Positions 10,591 through 22,947 are shown, numbered from the whole stretch's first letter. The stretch is 61,532 bases of DNA, filler included, from 6 parts of 6 records of this genome joined end to end with filler, not necessarily neighbours in it, one strand, 5' to 3'. Numbers and translations: made by a program. Notes: generated by a model from the letters alone, not told the origin.

Positions 10591-12038
10591 ATGAAAAAAA
10601 ATACTTACTTTTTCGCCATTGTTTCCCTTGTTACCATTTTTTTGAATGTCTGTGTGTATTCACAATCGTTGGCACCTTCGGAAGTGGAACGCAAGAAAAT
10701 TGTTGAAAAAATGGACAAGCACAATCTGCGATTTCGGACGACTGCTGTTATTGATAAATCGAAAAAAATGCTCCGAATTCCGGAAAAAGTAAAACACCTA
10801 AAAGATCTCACAATTGCGAAAACAACACCAGAGATAGAATTCGCCATTATTCCTCTGGAACACAGATTCCTCAATGAAACACCTGAAGGTTATATTACAG
10901 GTGTATGGTCCAATTGGTCACAAGGTACTTATCATGAGGATTTAAAGAAATTTTATGGAGCTGTTGGAAGCCACCGGTTCTATAAACCCATGTTGCATCT
11001 TGTTGAATATGATACACAGAATAAAACAATAAAAACACTGCCAGAGATTAATACCTTCCTGGGGCGCTCTTCGGCAGATTATGGCGATGGGAAAATACAT
11101 GGCTGGCTCGATTTTTACAATGGAGCTGATCTGTATTTTTGTACATATTGGTGTAAATATCCCGAACCTTCCGAGGAAGAATTTCAGAGTGGATATGAAG
11201 GTGGTTGCGTTCTTAGTTATAATGTGATTACCGGTAAATTTACAAATTATGGTGTTCCCTTAAAAGATCCTCATGGCCTTATCACAGAGTGGACACAAAA
11301 CGTGGTATGCTCTACGCAGTAGGAATGTTTGGCGAATTTCTTGCTTTTGATTTAAAAGAGAAAAAAGTCCACTTTGCCGGTTATCCACCTCCTGGAATGC
11401 GGTGGTTTTGGAGAACAATGCTTATTGATGAAGAGACAGGCTATGTCTATTCTTCCAATAATCTTGAAGAGGATAAGAGTGTTCATTTTATAAAGTATGA
11501 TCCGGTCAAGAATCGTTTTTATAAAATGAATAGCATTGTGCCTCCGGATTCTATTTCAGATGATAAAGGGCAGATGCGGGCTCATACAGCTTTTAAAACT
11601 AAAGATGGCTGGGTTATGGGGGTATCCCTCGGTGGTGAACTATTCAGGTTTTACCCGGATGAGGATCGTGTCGAAGATTTAGGTGTATGCTGGCCTGGCC
11701 AGTACCGGTACACGGCCAGTTTGGCCATGAGTCCGGATGAAAAGTATGTCTATTATGTTCCGGCAGCACATGGAAAGGCTTACCTGGAAGGTACTCCGGT
11801 TATTCAATACAATACGAAAACCGGTGAACGCAAAGTTCTTTCTTTCTTGTTTCCCTTTTATTATGACAAATATGGTTATATCCCTGGAGGAACCTATTCT
11901 GTCAAATTGGATGAAAAGGGCGAGAAACTTTTTATTCTTTTTAACGGTGTTTTTAACGAATACAATCCTGAGGGTGGAGATTCTTTTGGTGATCCCTCTG
12001 TTATGGTGATTCATATACCACTGTCGGAGCGACAGTAG
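10591..12038 (+). CDS. Secreted beta-propeller protein, one gene split by a 1-nt deletion at ~11262
   Basis: Adding one A to CCCTTAAAAGATCC joins ORFs 10591-11322 and 11289-12038 as GVPLKRSSWPYHRVDTKRG; signal peptide; DGKIHG and SPDEKYVYY propeller-like motifs. Confidence 0.7.
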
Positions 12039-12103
12039 ATTCATAGTGTATTAACATTAACAAAACAATACGGTAGGATATTTACGAAAATGGAGGAAGA
12101 CAA

Positions 12104-13837
12104 TTGCAGGGACAATTTAGTATTCGACTAGGAGACATCATCACAATTGCTGTCTATTTTATAGGCTTGATTGGTCTGGGCCTGTGGACAACCCGAAAAA
12201 TAAAAAAAACAGATGATTATTTTGTAGGTGGTCGCTCAATGCCTGGGTGGGCTGTTGGTATTTCCATGTTAGGAACAGCCATTAGCTCGGTCACTTTTCT
12301 GGCATATCCGGGATCGGCTTTTGAGGGAAATTGGAGCAGACTGGTTCCCGGTTTCATGTTGCCTATTGCTGCCGTGGTAGCTATTTTGTTTTTCGTTGAA
12401 TTTTATCGACGTAGCGGTTTCGTTAGCGCTTATGAATATTTTGAAAAGCGTTTTGGTGGTTGGGGACGGAGTTATGCCAGTTTTGTTTATATTCTTTATG
12501 CTGTATACCGTGTTGGTACAGTTTTGTTTTTGCTGGCACTCCCGGTTAGAGTTTTAACAGGTTGGAGTTTGGGAACAATTATCATTGTTGTTGGTATTCT
12601 GGTAACTGTTTATACTGTTCTTGGTGGACTTGAAGCTGTTATCTGGACGGATGTCATTCAAACAATCTTTCTCGTGCTTGGCGGATTTGTTACCATAACT
12701 ATTGTTTTCTTTAAAGTAAAAGGAGGCATGTTTGAAGTCTTGAGCACTGCCGCTGCTGCCAATAAATTTACCATGAGCGCATCCTGGGACTGGGATTTGA
12801 CAAGAGATACTTTTTGGATGTTTGCTTTAACTGGAATTATTGGTAATATACACGAATTTTCTACAGACCAGGTAAAAATCCAACGTTATGCTGCACCCAG
12901 GTCAGATGCTGAGGCCAAGCGCGCTGCCCTGACAGTTGGTTTGGGTTGTATTCCGTTATGGGTGCTTTTTATGTTTGTTGGTACCTGTTTATGGGTCTTC
13001 TATCAATACTATCCTGAAATGCTGCGTCTTGGGCTTCGTCCTGATGAAGTATTCCCGCATTTTATTCTTACACAATTACCTGTTGGGCTTGGTGGTTTTG
13101 TTATCGCCGCTGTTATGGCTGCAGCCATGTCCACGATTGATTCCGGATTAAATGCCGGTGCCACAGTTGCGACTGTTGACTGGTATAAAAAGTTTTTTGT
13201 CAAAGGACGGGATGATAGCCATTATTTAAAAAGTGCCCGTGTTATAACCCTTATTTTTGGTGGATTAGGCATTGTTGCAGCGTTATCACTCACCGGAATT
13301 GATATGAGAACTTTCCTGGATCTTGCTTTCTTTCTTGGTGCCGTATTTTCTGCGGGTCTCGGTGGATTTTTTCTGCTTGGATTCTTTTTCAAAAGAGCAA
13401 ATCGAAAAGGGGCTATCGTTGGAGTCTCTGCCGGCGTTCTTATGATTTTATGGTTAACTGTCAGTAATATGGCAACATTTAAGGTTACGGATCAATCAAT
13501 GACTCAAATGCAGGCAAATCAGATCCCGACAAGCGTCATTGAAAAATTAGCAAGTATTAAAGATCAATCTGTTCGAGGTAAAGGAGATTTTACAAACAAA
13601 ATTGAAGATGCGATTGGCGAGCAACAAACGGATCAATATAAAAACGTGATTATGAAGAGTTGCAATAGTTACACACTTTTACCTTTCGCCTTGAATAGTT
13701 CTATACATCCTTTTGTCATCAATGTGTTTGGCAATTTAACGGTCTTGTTCGTTGGCCTTTTAGCCAGTTTCTTGTGGCCGGCACCTTCTGATGACGAATT
13801 AAAACGTGTAACCTGGTGGACAAGGCATGTTAAATAA
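12104..13837 (+). CDS. Sodium:solute symporter (SSS family)
   Basis: DDYFVGGRSMPGW, SAYEYFEKRFG, YTVLGGLEAVIWTDVIQ, AAAMSTIDSGLN; many TM helices. Confidence 0.93.
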   Translation: MQGQFSIRLGDIITIAVYFIGLIGLGLWTTRKIKKTDDYFVGGRSMPGWAVGISMLGTAISSVTFLAYPGSAFEGNWSRLVPGFMLPIAAVVAILFFVEFYRRSGFVSAYEYFEKRFGGWGRSYASFVYILYAVYRVGTVLFLLALPVRVLTGWSLGTIIIVVGILVTVYTVLGGLEAVIWTDVIQTIFLVLGGFVTITIVFFKVKGGMFEVLSTAAAANKFTMSASWDWDLTRDTFWMFALTGIIGNIHEFSTDQVKIQRYAAPRSDAEAKRAALTVGLGCIPLWVLFMFVGTCLWVFYQYYPEMLRLGLRPDEVFPHFILTQLPVGLGGFVIAAVMAAAMSTIDSGLNAGATVATVDWYKKFFVKGRDDSHYLKSARVITLIFGGLGIVAALSLTGIDMRTFLDLAFFLGAVFSAGLGGFFLLGFFFKRANRKGAIVGVSAGVLMILWLTVSNMATFKVTDQSMTQMQANQIPTSVIEKLASIKDQSVRGKGDFTNKIEDAIGEQQTDQYKNVIMKSCNSYTLLPFALNSSIHPFVINVFGNLTVLFVGLLASFLWPAPSDDELKRVTWWTRHVK

Positions 13838-15101
13838 AACGAACAAAATTCGAATGATATATACAGGAAAAACTCGAATGAGATTAAAAAAATCGTTATA
13901 TTTGCGATATTATGTTGTTTTTCTGGCCATGTTTATGATCGTTTTCTGTCAATCTGTACCCGTCTTTGCTCAGAAAAGTTGGGATTGTCAAATATTTCCT
14001 TCCGAGCGGGAAATTGTAACAGATGAAAAAAGTGGGGCAAAAATTATTTTTGCCACCACTGCCACAGCAAATGATAATAATCTGTATTTTCATGACCGAT
14101 GCTGGTTGCCCAATGAGAAAATGATGCTGTTTATGTCGGATCGTACTGGTCGAAATGAGATCTTTGCTTTTATTTCACAAACGGGTGAACTGGTTAGGCT
14201 AAACCGAGAAAACGATCAGGCTGCTGAAAGACCTGTTGCTTCGAAATATGGTGATTGCATCTATGTCGTGCGTGATATGGTTATTTACAAGTGGAATCTG
14301 AACTTAAAAACAGAACCCAGGACAAGCGTCACAGTGACTGAGGAAAAAATCTGTGCCTTTCCTGAAAATGTAACTCAATCATCCGGGCTAAATGAAAGCT
14401 GTGATGGTAAATGGGTTAGTTATGGATATCAACTAAAAGATAAAGAACAAAGCAAGGTTTGTGTTGTAAATGTGGAAACCAGGGAAACTAAAATTGTCGC
14501 TGACATTAATTTTTCCATTCAACACATTCAGTTTAGCTGGACCCGACCTGATTTGCTGTCCTTTGCCAGAGGATATGGAAATGATACGGCGCCCTTATCA
14601 CCCGATGAGGAGCCGCATGCCCGCATTTGGTTTGTAAATACAGATACCAAACTACCACTCCCTGCTTTTTATCAAAGACCTGGTGAGCTGGTTACGCATG
14701 AGTGCTGGTGGTTAAATGACAAAATCACATTTATTGGCGGCGATCGGCCGGAAGAGGGTCATGTTCGTATCCTGGATCTGCACACCGGTGATATTCGTAT
14801 TATTGGTGCCGGTGCCTGGTGGCCAAATGGTGAAGCCAGGGAAATGGCAAAAGTGAACTGGTGGCACCAGTCCGGCAGCCCTGATGGGCGCTGGATTGCT
14901 GCTGATAACTGGCATGGTATTATTGCCATATTTGATGCCAAAACAACAGAAAAGAAAATTTTAACCCAGGGACATCGAATTTATGGTAAAGGAGCCCATC
15001 CTCATGTTGGATGGGATTTAACAGGTAAAAGCGTTGAATTCACCTCAAATAAGAGAGGTAATGCGGACGTGTGTATCGGCTATATTCCAAAAGAATGGTA
15101 A
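13827..15101 (+). CDS. Oligogalacturonate lyase-like (PL22/Ogl-type) beta-propeller; true start probably downstream (~13878)
   Basis: TDEKSGAKI...LYFHDRCW, HIQFS, THECW, WHQSGSPDG, HPHVGW metal-binding His pattern; signal peptide. Confidence 0.65.
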   Translation: MLNKTNKIRMIYTGKTRMRLKKSLYLRYYVVFLAMFMIVFCQSVPVFAQKSWDCQIFPSEREIVTDEKSGAKIIFATTATANDNNLYFHDRCWLPNEKMMLFMSDRTGRNEIFAFISQTGELVRLNRENDQAAERPVASKYGDCIYVVRDMVIYKWNLNLKTEPRTSVTVTEEKICAFPENVTQSSGLNESCDGKWVSYGYQLKDKEQSKVCVVNVETRETKIVADINFSIQHIQFSWTRPDLLSFARGYGNDTAPLSPDEEPHARIWFVNTDTKLPLPAFYQRPGELVTHECWWLNDKITFIGGDRPEEGHVRILDLHTGDIRIIGAGAWWPNGEAREMAKVNWWHQSGSPDGRWIAADNWHGIIAIFDAKTTEKKILTQGHRIYGKGAHPHVGWDLTGKSVEFTSNKRGNADVCIGYIPKEW

Positions 15102-15377
15102 TATAGTTGTATTGTTATTGTAATAATCGTACCACTTTAATAATACAAATCGGATAAATTTTGGATCCGGTTCTCCGGATCCATCCGGTTTTAAATAGTT
15201 ATAAAAAAAGACGAATGGCAGACTCGTCAAGTTTGCCATTCTATGCAAAATGTCAAAAAAAAGTATTTTAATTATTTACCCGATCTGGTTTCTGATGAGT
15301 AAGGACAACCTTGTTCTAATGCGAAAACCAGCAAGTTGTAATTTTAAGGATATTACGAAAAAAAGGAGTAAGAAAGA

Positions 15378-17461
15378 GTGAGCAGTAAGAACCAATTTCA
15401 TTTTATCCCCAATACGCATTGGGATCGCGAATGGTTGTACAACTTTCAGGAAACCCGAATGTTTCTCGTCGAGTTTATGGACAAACTTTTAGATATTTTT
15501 GCTTCTTATCCGGGTTATAAAACTTACTTGTTGGATTCTCAATCGATTCCAATAGAGGACTATCTTAAAGTTCGGCCTGAGAAAGAAGATGAAGTTAAGC
15601 AAAGAGTGAAAGAAAAACGCCTTTTTATTGGTCCATGGTATACACTACCGGAGGAGCATCTGGTAAACGGTGAATCACTTGTCAGAAACCTGTTGATTGG
15701 ACACCGTGTCGCTGAGAGTTATGGTCATGTCATGAAGGTTGGCTATAGCCCGTTTTCTTACGGTCAGGCGTCGCAAATGCCGCAAATTTATCAAGGCTTT
15801 GATATTGATACAATCCTTTTTTATCATGGTATTCAGCCGGATGAATCCAGGTCTGAGTTTATTTTTGAAGGCCCGGATGGTTCACAGCTCTTTGCTTCCA
15901 GAATGGGTTCCAATGCCCGTTATAATTACTTTTTTAGTATTTTTCGACCATTTGTTTACGGCAAGAAAGCTCTTGAGAGGAATTATGAATGGAGTGACGC
16001 AGGCCTGCCATTTCATCTATGCAGTGAAGATCATTGTATGGAACACCATATTTTACTCGATCCGTTAAAACAGTATAATGCTGATAAAATGCCTGAGTTA
16101 ATGAAAGAATTTAAAAAGGCAGAACGGGATCATTGTACGACCGAGCATATTGCCTGTATGCAAGGCATGGATAGTACCCAGCCAGACATACTTGAGGCAA
16201 AATCTGTTGAAGAGGCAGCCAAAATACTTAAAGACGATACTATTTTTCACAGCAGTCTTCCGGATTGGATCAACGCAGTCAAAGCAGCTGTCAAAAAGGA
16301 AGATCTTGTTGTATTAAATGGAGAGCGCCGTACTCCACGAAATCTGGGCACCCGGGTTCATCTCTACGGGGATGTGACATCTGCACGCACGAAAATGAAA
16401 CGAAAAAATGCCCAGGCAGAACAGGAACTGCAACGGAAAGCGGAACCATTTGCTGTTTTAGCTTATTTACTTGGTGCGGATTATCCAAAGTCGTTGCTTG
16501 ATATGAGTTGGAAATATTTACTGCAATGTCATCCGCATGATAGTATCGCCGGTACAGGTGTTGACCAAATAGAAAAAGATATGCATCACCGCCTGGACCA
16601 AAGTCGCAATATTTCTGCCGGTGTCATGCGTCGCGCTTTACAAGCTATACAAATGAAAATTGACAATTCCAAAGTAAAAGAAAATCAGGTTGTCCTCACT
16701 GTTTTTAATCCTTCACCTTACTCACGTACAGAAGTTGTTACAGCCGTACTTGATTTACCTGCTGATAAAGATAATAAACAATATGGTGTTTGGGATGCGG
16801 ACACGGGTAATGCTATAGAATTTCAGGAAGCATGCCGATATGAACATCCGGCTGTGGTTCGGCATCTTGGTGATGCTACCATGGAAATGCCTTCATTGCG
16901 GGTTCATATACATGTTCCCCTGAAAGATGTACCGGCATTAGGGTATAAAACATTGCTTGTCAAGCCCCAAAAGACTTTTGAGCGGCCGGCAGGGAACCTG
17001 GCATCTGCCAGAAATACCATGGAAAATGAGTTTATACAAGTATGTATCAATCCCAATGGCACACTGGATCTGACCCATAAAGAATCCGGACGAACGTTAA
17101 CCGGTCTTCATTATTTTGAGGATAGCGGTGAAGCAGGACACGCCTGGCGACATGTACCACCTGCATTTGATCGGGTTTTGACGACGCATGAGGCAAAACC
17201 AAAAATTGAACTGTTGCAAGCAGGCCCTTTTTTGTCACAATATTCCATTACCTACAAATGGGATATTCCTGCCAATTTGGCTGAGGGTAAGGGAGATTAT
17301 GTTCGACGACTGGATGCAGAAGGAGATGATGCAACCAGATCTGAGGAAACAAGAGAAATTGTAATCAAATCCGTGCTTACATTACATAAAGAGGCACAGG
17401 GTCTGGAAATCAATACCACGATTCTGAATGCCAGTAAAGATCATCGTTTACGAGCCATGTT
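15378..17461 (+). CDS. Glycoside hydrolase family 38 (alpha-mannosidase / mannosylglycerate hydrolase-like), 3' truncated
   Basis: THWDREW, LLDSQ, IGPWYTLPEE, GESLVRNLLIG, HPHDSIAG, VFNP, VPALGYK, MENEF. Confidence 0.92.
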
Positions 17462-17561
17462 NNNNNNNNNNNNNNNNNNNNNNNNNNNNNNNNNNNNNNN
17501 NNNNNTTAATTAATTAANNNNNNNNNNNNNNNNNNNNNNNNNNNNNNNNNNNNNNNNNNNN
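17462..17561. other. Artificial contig-joining linker
   Basis: N run with central TTAATTAATTAA (stops in all six frames). Confidence 0.98.
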
Positions 17562-18687
17562 AGCAGAAGAAAGTGATCGTTTAAAATCAGCCTTCATGGC
17601 CAACATGAGCCATGAGATTCGAACACCAATGAATGGTATTCTAGGATTTGCGGATCTTTTAAAGGAACCTAAATTATCTTCAGACCAACACCTTCGCTAT
17701 ATTAATGTAATTCAAAAAAGTGGTCGTCGAATGTTAAATATTATCAATGATCTAATTGATATTTCAAAAATTGAAGCGAACCAAATGGAAATGGAAATTA
17801 GCGAAACGAACGTCAATAAAAAAATTGAATACCTCTATTCATTTTTTAAACCTGAAGCTATAGAGAAAGGGTTGCATTTATTCTACAAAATAGATTTATC
17901 CAAAAATGAATCAATTATTGAAACCGACAAAGACAAACTATTAGCCATACTGATCAATCTTTTAAAAAATGCAATTAAATATACAAATCAAGGAAGCATT
18001 GAATTTGGCTATAAAATAAAACCAAAAAATATTGAATTTTATGTAACCGATACTGGAATTGGCATCCCTCAAGATCATCATCAATTAATCTTCGAGCGTT
18101 TTACTCAGTCTGATATGAGTATGACTAAACCATACGAAGGTGCTGGTTTAGGTCTTTCAATTACAAAAGCCTATATCGAGTTGCTTGGTGGAAAAATATG
18201 GCTAGAGTCGAAGGTAGGCATAGGTACAACATTCTATTTCACACTACCATTAAAAGAACAAAAAGGTAAAAAGGTAATCAAAAAACAATTAAAAGTAGCA
18301 GTTGATAACACTTCAAACATTAAGAATAAAACGATACTTACGGCTGAAGATGATGAGATTGCAACTATTTTTCTTTCTGAAATACTAAAGGATAAATGCA
18401 AAGAACTTATTCAGGTTAAGAATGGCTACGAAGCAGTTGAAACATGCAAAACAAACAATGAAATTGATATGGTTTTAATGGACATGAAAATGCCTGAAAT
18501 GGATGGATCCGAAGCAACGCGATTGATTCGCAAGTTTAATAATGACATTGTCATTATTGCTCAAACAGCCTACGCATTACCCGAAGATCGTGAAAAAGCG
18601 ATTCAAGCAGGGTGCAACGATTACATTTCAAAACCAATAAAAATAGATGAACTACTAGTCCTATTAAATAAGTTTAACCACGAGTAA
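17562..18687 (+). CDS. Hybrid sensor histidine kinase/response regulator, 5' truncated
   Basis: AEESDRLKSAFMANMSHEIRTPMNGI H-box, NLLKNAIKYT, DTGIGI, GAGLGLSI, receiver LMDMKMPEMDG...KP. Confidence 0.95.
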
Positions 18688-18727
18688 GTTGAATTCATAA
18701 TTCTGATCATCAATATAAATGAATGTT

Positions 18728-18759
18728 TTTTTTGAACCTTTCACACTTATAGTGTATTA
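18728..18759 (+). promoter_or_regulatory. Putative ECF sigma promoter GAACC-N15-GTATT
   Basis: TTTTTTGAACCTTTcacacttatAGTGTATTA upstream of the DUF3098-sigma operon; matching copy on the minus strand at 22916-22947. Confidence 0.7.
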
Positions 18760-18776
18760 GCATAAAAACATGTACC

Positions 18777-19010
18777 ATGATTTTTGATCGAAAAAAGTAT
18801 ATCGAACTTATTATTACTCTATTTTTATTATTTCTGGGCTTTGTACTAATGAGTGGTCCTGAAAATAATCGACCTGACTTATTTCAATCGGAGATTTATA
18901 GTTTCAGAAGAATTACATTTTCACCAATCTTAATTCTGGGAACCTATGCTGGAATAATTTTCCTAATTTTGAAACAACCAAAAAAGCATGTTCGGCAAAA
19001 AAGGAAATAA
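18777..19010 (+). CDS. DUF3098-family small membrane protein
   Basis: LGFVLMSG...F.SEIYSFRRITFSPILIL pattern, two TM helices. Confidence 0.8.
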   Translation: MIFDRKKYIELIITLFLLFLGFVLMSGPENNRPDLFQSEIYSFRRITFSPILILGTYAGIIFLILKQPKKHVRQKRK

Positions 19011-19560
19011 AATTAGTGATGAGAAACTAATGCAACTGATATGCTCTGGCGATCGAAGTGCATTTGATGAGCTGTACACTCGTTACAACAAACGCTTATA
19101 TTATTATTTCTTCAGAATGCTTGGAAACTCTTCTGAACAAGCTAACGATTTTTTGCAAGAAGTATTTTTAAAGATCATAGAAAAACCTGAACGTTATAAT
19201 CCTGCTTATTCTTTTTCGGCTTGGCTATTTACAATAGCTCATAACTTATGCAAGAATGAATACAGAAGGCGTGATGTTCGCAAAGAAGTATCGGAGTCTG
19301 GTGAAAACTTTGCCGATGAAACTCAGTCTTTTTTCAAAATTGACAAACATGAACTTGTTGGGCGCATTTACAACAGTTTAAATGAACTAAAACCTGAACA
19401 ACGATCCGCATTTTTACTTTTCTACCGTGAAGGATTCTCAATAAACGAAATTGCTAAAATATTGGAGCTTCCCAATGGTACTGTAAAATCTAGACTTCAT
19501 TATACTCGCAAGTTTATTGAAGATAAATTTGAGCATTTAAAAGATGAAATTGAATTCTAA
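18988..19560 (+). CDS. ECF RNA polymerase sigma-70 factor
   Basis: SDEKLM...AFDELY, DFLQEVFLK, FSAWLFTIAHN, EIAKILELPNGTVKSRLH. Confidence 0.95.
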   Translation: MFGKKGNKISDEKLMQLICSGDRSAFDELYTRYNKRLYYYFFRMLGNSSEQANDFLQEVFLKIIEKPERYNPAYSFSAWLFTIAHNLCKNEYRRRDVRKEVSESGENFADETQSFFKIDKHELVGRIYNSLNELKPEQRSAFLLFYREGFSINEIAKILELPNGTVKSRLHYTRKFIEDKFEHLKDEIEF

Positions 19561-19571
19561 TAACATTAGAG

Positions 19572-19922
19572 ATGAACAGAAAAGAACTTGAAAAACTAAT
19601 TATTAATGATCAGATTGGCAACGCCGATCCGAAAATAAAAAGCCGACTTGATCATGCTTTCATGCTAAAATCTTCGAATTATTCGATCCGACAAAATTCA
19701 TTTTTCGGATTTTTCACTTGGGTATTCTCATTAAACGGGATTGGAATTAAAGCTGCAATTTCATGTTTATTTATTGTCTATTTCATGTTTAATCAGAACA
19801 TAAAAATTGAAACTGAAAATTCTATTAGCTTGGACACAACAACTGTCACCCAGATTATAAAAATTGATTCATCTCTTTTTCAACCAAATACGAATATTTT
19901 AAACGACAGTGTGATTCTCTAA
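19572..19922 (+). CDS. Putative single-TM anti-sigma factor
   Basis: Directly follows the ECF sigma; central hydrophobic helix. Confidence 0.55.
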   Translation: MNRKELEKLIINDQIGNADPKIKSRLDHAFMLKSSNYSIRQNSFFGFFTWVFSLNGIGIKAAISCLFIVYFMFNQNIKIETENSISLDTTTVTQIIKIDSSLFQPNTNILNDSVIL

Positions 19923-19925
19923 CCC

Positions 19926-22896
19926 TCATATTCCTTCTACTAATTGATAATAATTTTTGAAACGTTCGTTTATCAATTTTGCATCATCACAATTAAATTC
20001 AGTCGAAATTTCAGCAAGCATCTGATATAAATACAATTTCATTGAATACTCATCATTTCGCATTAAAGGAATCTTACCATCAAAATTACATAAGTAATCG
20101 AGCCATTCTTCCAATTCTTTTTGAATTTTCAATAAGCTTTTTTGTCCAGCTTCAAATTCTCCAGCTTCAAAATAAAGTCGTGCTAGCAGTACCGAGTGAT
20201 AATCGTACTCCCACAAATGCGAAGGCAAAACTTCTTCCCCTTCCTTAATTACCTCTATTGCTTTAGATGTATTTCCTTCTTTTATTAATTGCTCGGCCAA
20301 TCTATAAAAAGCTGTTCGCATACGAGTAACAGCAAACATTCTTCGATGATGCCAATCAAAATAAACATCACTATCTTTCTGATTTTCCCACTCACATTTA
20401 GTCATCAAATTATCATACAATACCGAACTATCTACCTTCCCCATTTCTGAAATTGATTCAGATTTACTGTATTCCGGAATCAATTTATAAACCAAGCCAT
20501 CATACCGAAGGTAATTTTGCAAATTATATTGTTTTGGATCGGCATATGATGTAAAATAGATTGGTCTTTCATTTATATTATTGGCTAAAATATCCCAGAA
20601 TACAATCTCATTTCGAAGCAAATAATTCTTCTTTAAAGATATTGGCACTGAATAATCCCCAACCAAAAGTGCCATTTTATCAACAGGGACAAATCGAACT
20701 TTCTCACCCGAGTTCAATGGAATTTTGGCTTGAGTTGAATCACTCGAAACAAAATCCAAAATCCGTTGAATTGAATGTGTCGTTTTAATTTTTGGGAGAA
20801 TTGGTAAATAATCAAATTCTCCAGTCCGATAATCACTTTCAGATATTGACAATTTTATGCCTTCATTATCATTTATCTTTCTATTTATTTGTTTTATATA
20901 CCAACCTGCATTCAAATATGGCATTACAATTACCCTTACATCCGTTCGAACACCTTCAACTTCCTGACAGTACCACAAGGGATAAGTATCGTTATCGGCA
21001 TGTGTAAATAAAATTGCATTAGGTTCACAGCTCTCAAGATAATTCTTTGCCAAATCACGAGCTGTATAACGTCCGGATCGATCATGATCGTCGTAGTTCT
21101 GTTGAAGCAAAATTCCAGGCGCAGCAATTACACCCAAAGTTCCTCCAATAATTAAAGCCCATGTCACCCCTATCCTTTTTGTTAAAATCTGAACAAGCGC
21201 CATTGCTCCCAGCCCAATCCAAATAGCAAACACATAAAAAGACCCTACAAAAACATAATCGCGCTCGCGAGGTGTAATGGGAATTTCATTTAAATAAACA
21301 ACCAACCCAACGCTCATTATCAGAAAAAGAAAAAGAAATATCCAGAATGAGTTTTTATCTTTTTTATAGTGATACCAGAGTCCAAGTATTCCAAGAATTA
21401 GTGGAAGAAAATAATATCTATTTCGAGCTCGGTTATTCTTCATTTCAGTAGGTAAACTTGATTGATCTCCTAGCCTTAACTCATCCAACGGTTTTATTCC
21501 CGACAACCAATTCCCTTTTAATACTCCTCCAAATCCCTGAATATCATTTTGCTTTCCAACAAAATTCCACATAAAATACCGAACATACATATGTCCAAGT
21601 TGGTAACTCAAAAAGAAACTCACATTCTCAAAAAAAGTTGGGATAGTCGTTTTTACAACTTCCCCATCTTTTTTTCTTACCCTAACCGATTTTCCATGCA
21701 TGTTTACCCAATTTCCATAAGCCTTTAAATGCTCTTTATCATTACTGTGTAACCGCGGAAAAAAACTGGTTGTGCTTCCTTCGTATGAAACGTTTGGATT
21801 AAGACGAGTCTCAAAATATTCATCACCATTAAAATCATATGTTTTACGTTCCCGGTATGATTTAACTATAGAACCGTAATTCTCACCGTACAATATTGGT
21901 CGACTTCCGTAACTTTCACGATTTAAATAGTTGATTAGTTCGAATGTAGTTTCTGGATTTCCCTGATCAACTGGAGGATTTGCAGACGAACGAATAAAGC
22001 TGGTCATGTATGAAGTATAACCCAACAATAGAAACAAGGCGCAAAGAACCATCAAATTCAACAACCTTTTTCCATATTTATGAGAATATATTATTAAGCC
22101 AGAAAAGATTGCAACCAACAATAAGAGATAGAAAAAAATCCAGAGTTTATTGGTAATCCGAACGAATTTACAGCCAGCAATTCCAATGGTCCTGACAAGG
22201 AAAAAACCCCGGGTATGAAAATTTTCATAAGAAAAAGAATGAAAAACCCGGAACCAGAAATGACACCAATAATTCCGAGAAAACTAGATCGGTATTTTCG
22301 AAGATACATGATTAACGCAACAGTTGGAAGAACCAACAAATTAAGCAAATGCACACCGATAGAGAGTCCTGTAAGAAAGAAAATGAGCAAGAGCCATCTA
22401 TCAGAATTTGGTGCATCTGCTTCTCTTTCCCAACGAGTAGATGCCCAAAGTAAAAGAGCAACAAAAAATGACGATAAAGCGTAAACCTCTGCCTCAACTG
22501 CTGAAAACCAAAATGAATCGGTAAATGCATAAGCAAGAGCTCCAATACATGCCGATAAAAGAATTCCTATCTCATTTGTTGAGTTTATTTTTTTAAGCAA
22601 CCAAACAATAGTCCAAAAAAGTAACATTACTGTTCCTGCACTTGAAACTGCAGAAACCATATTCACCATTAAAGCAGCTTTTTCCATATTCCCAAAACTG
22701 AATAATGAAAACATTCTACCTAAAAGCATAAACAGAGGTGCACCCGGGGCATGACTAATCTCTAACTTAATTGCAGAAACTAATAATTCGCCACAATCCC
22801 AAAGGCTTAGGGTGGGCTCAATTGTTAGAATGTATACAAATAATGAGATAGAAAATGTAATCCAACCTGCTAAATTATTTTTTTCTGAAATGACAT
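19926..22896 (-). CDS. DUF2723 (TMEM260-like, GT-C fold) membrane glycosyltransferase; two homopolymer frameshifts (~22880, ~22135)
   Basis: Reconstructed MSFQKKNNLAGW...SLWDCGE...HAPGAPLF, FWFSAVEAEVY, GVHLL, YLNRESYG, PRERDY, DHDRS, ADNDTYPLWY. Confidence 0.88.
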
Positions 22897-22915
22897 GTAA
22901 CGATTATTTGTTCAA

Positions 22916-22947
22916 TAATACACTTCAACTTACAAAGGTTCAAAAAA
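22916..22947 (-). promoter_or_regulatory. Putative ECF sigma promoter GAACC-N15-GTATT for DUF2723
   Basis: Minus strand TTTTTTGAACCTTTgtaagttgaAGTGTATTA, ~20 nt before ATG 22896. Confidence 0.7.

Noticed and set aside
11255-11290. Programmed -1 ribosomal frameshifting at split genes
   Set aside because: The same indel pattern occurs in many unrelated genes, and I saw no canonical slippery heptamer with a stimulatory structure.
15285-15331. Hammerhead-like CTGATGAG...CGAAA core upstream of the GH38 gene
   Set aside because: The would-be stem III strand (CTGGTT-T) abuts CTGATGA directly, leaving no stem I. It is more simply one long hairpin.
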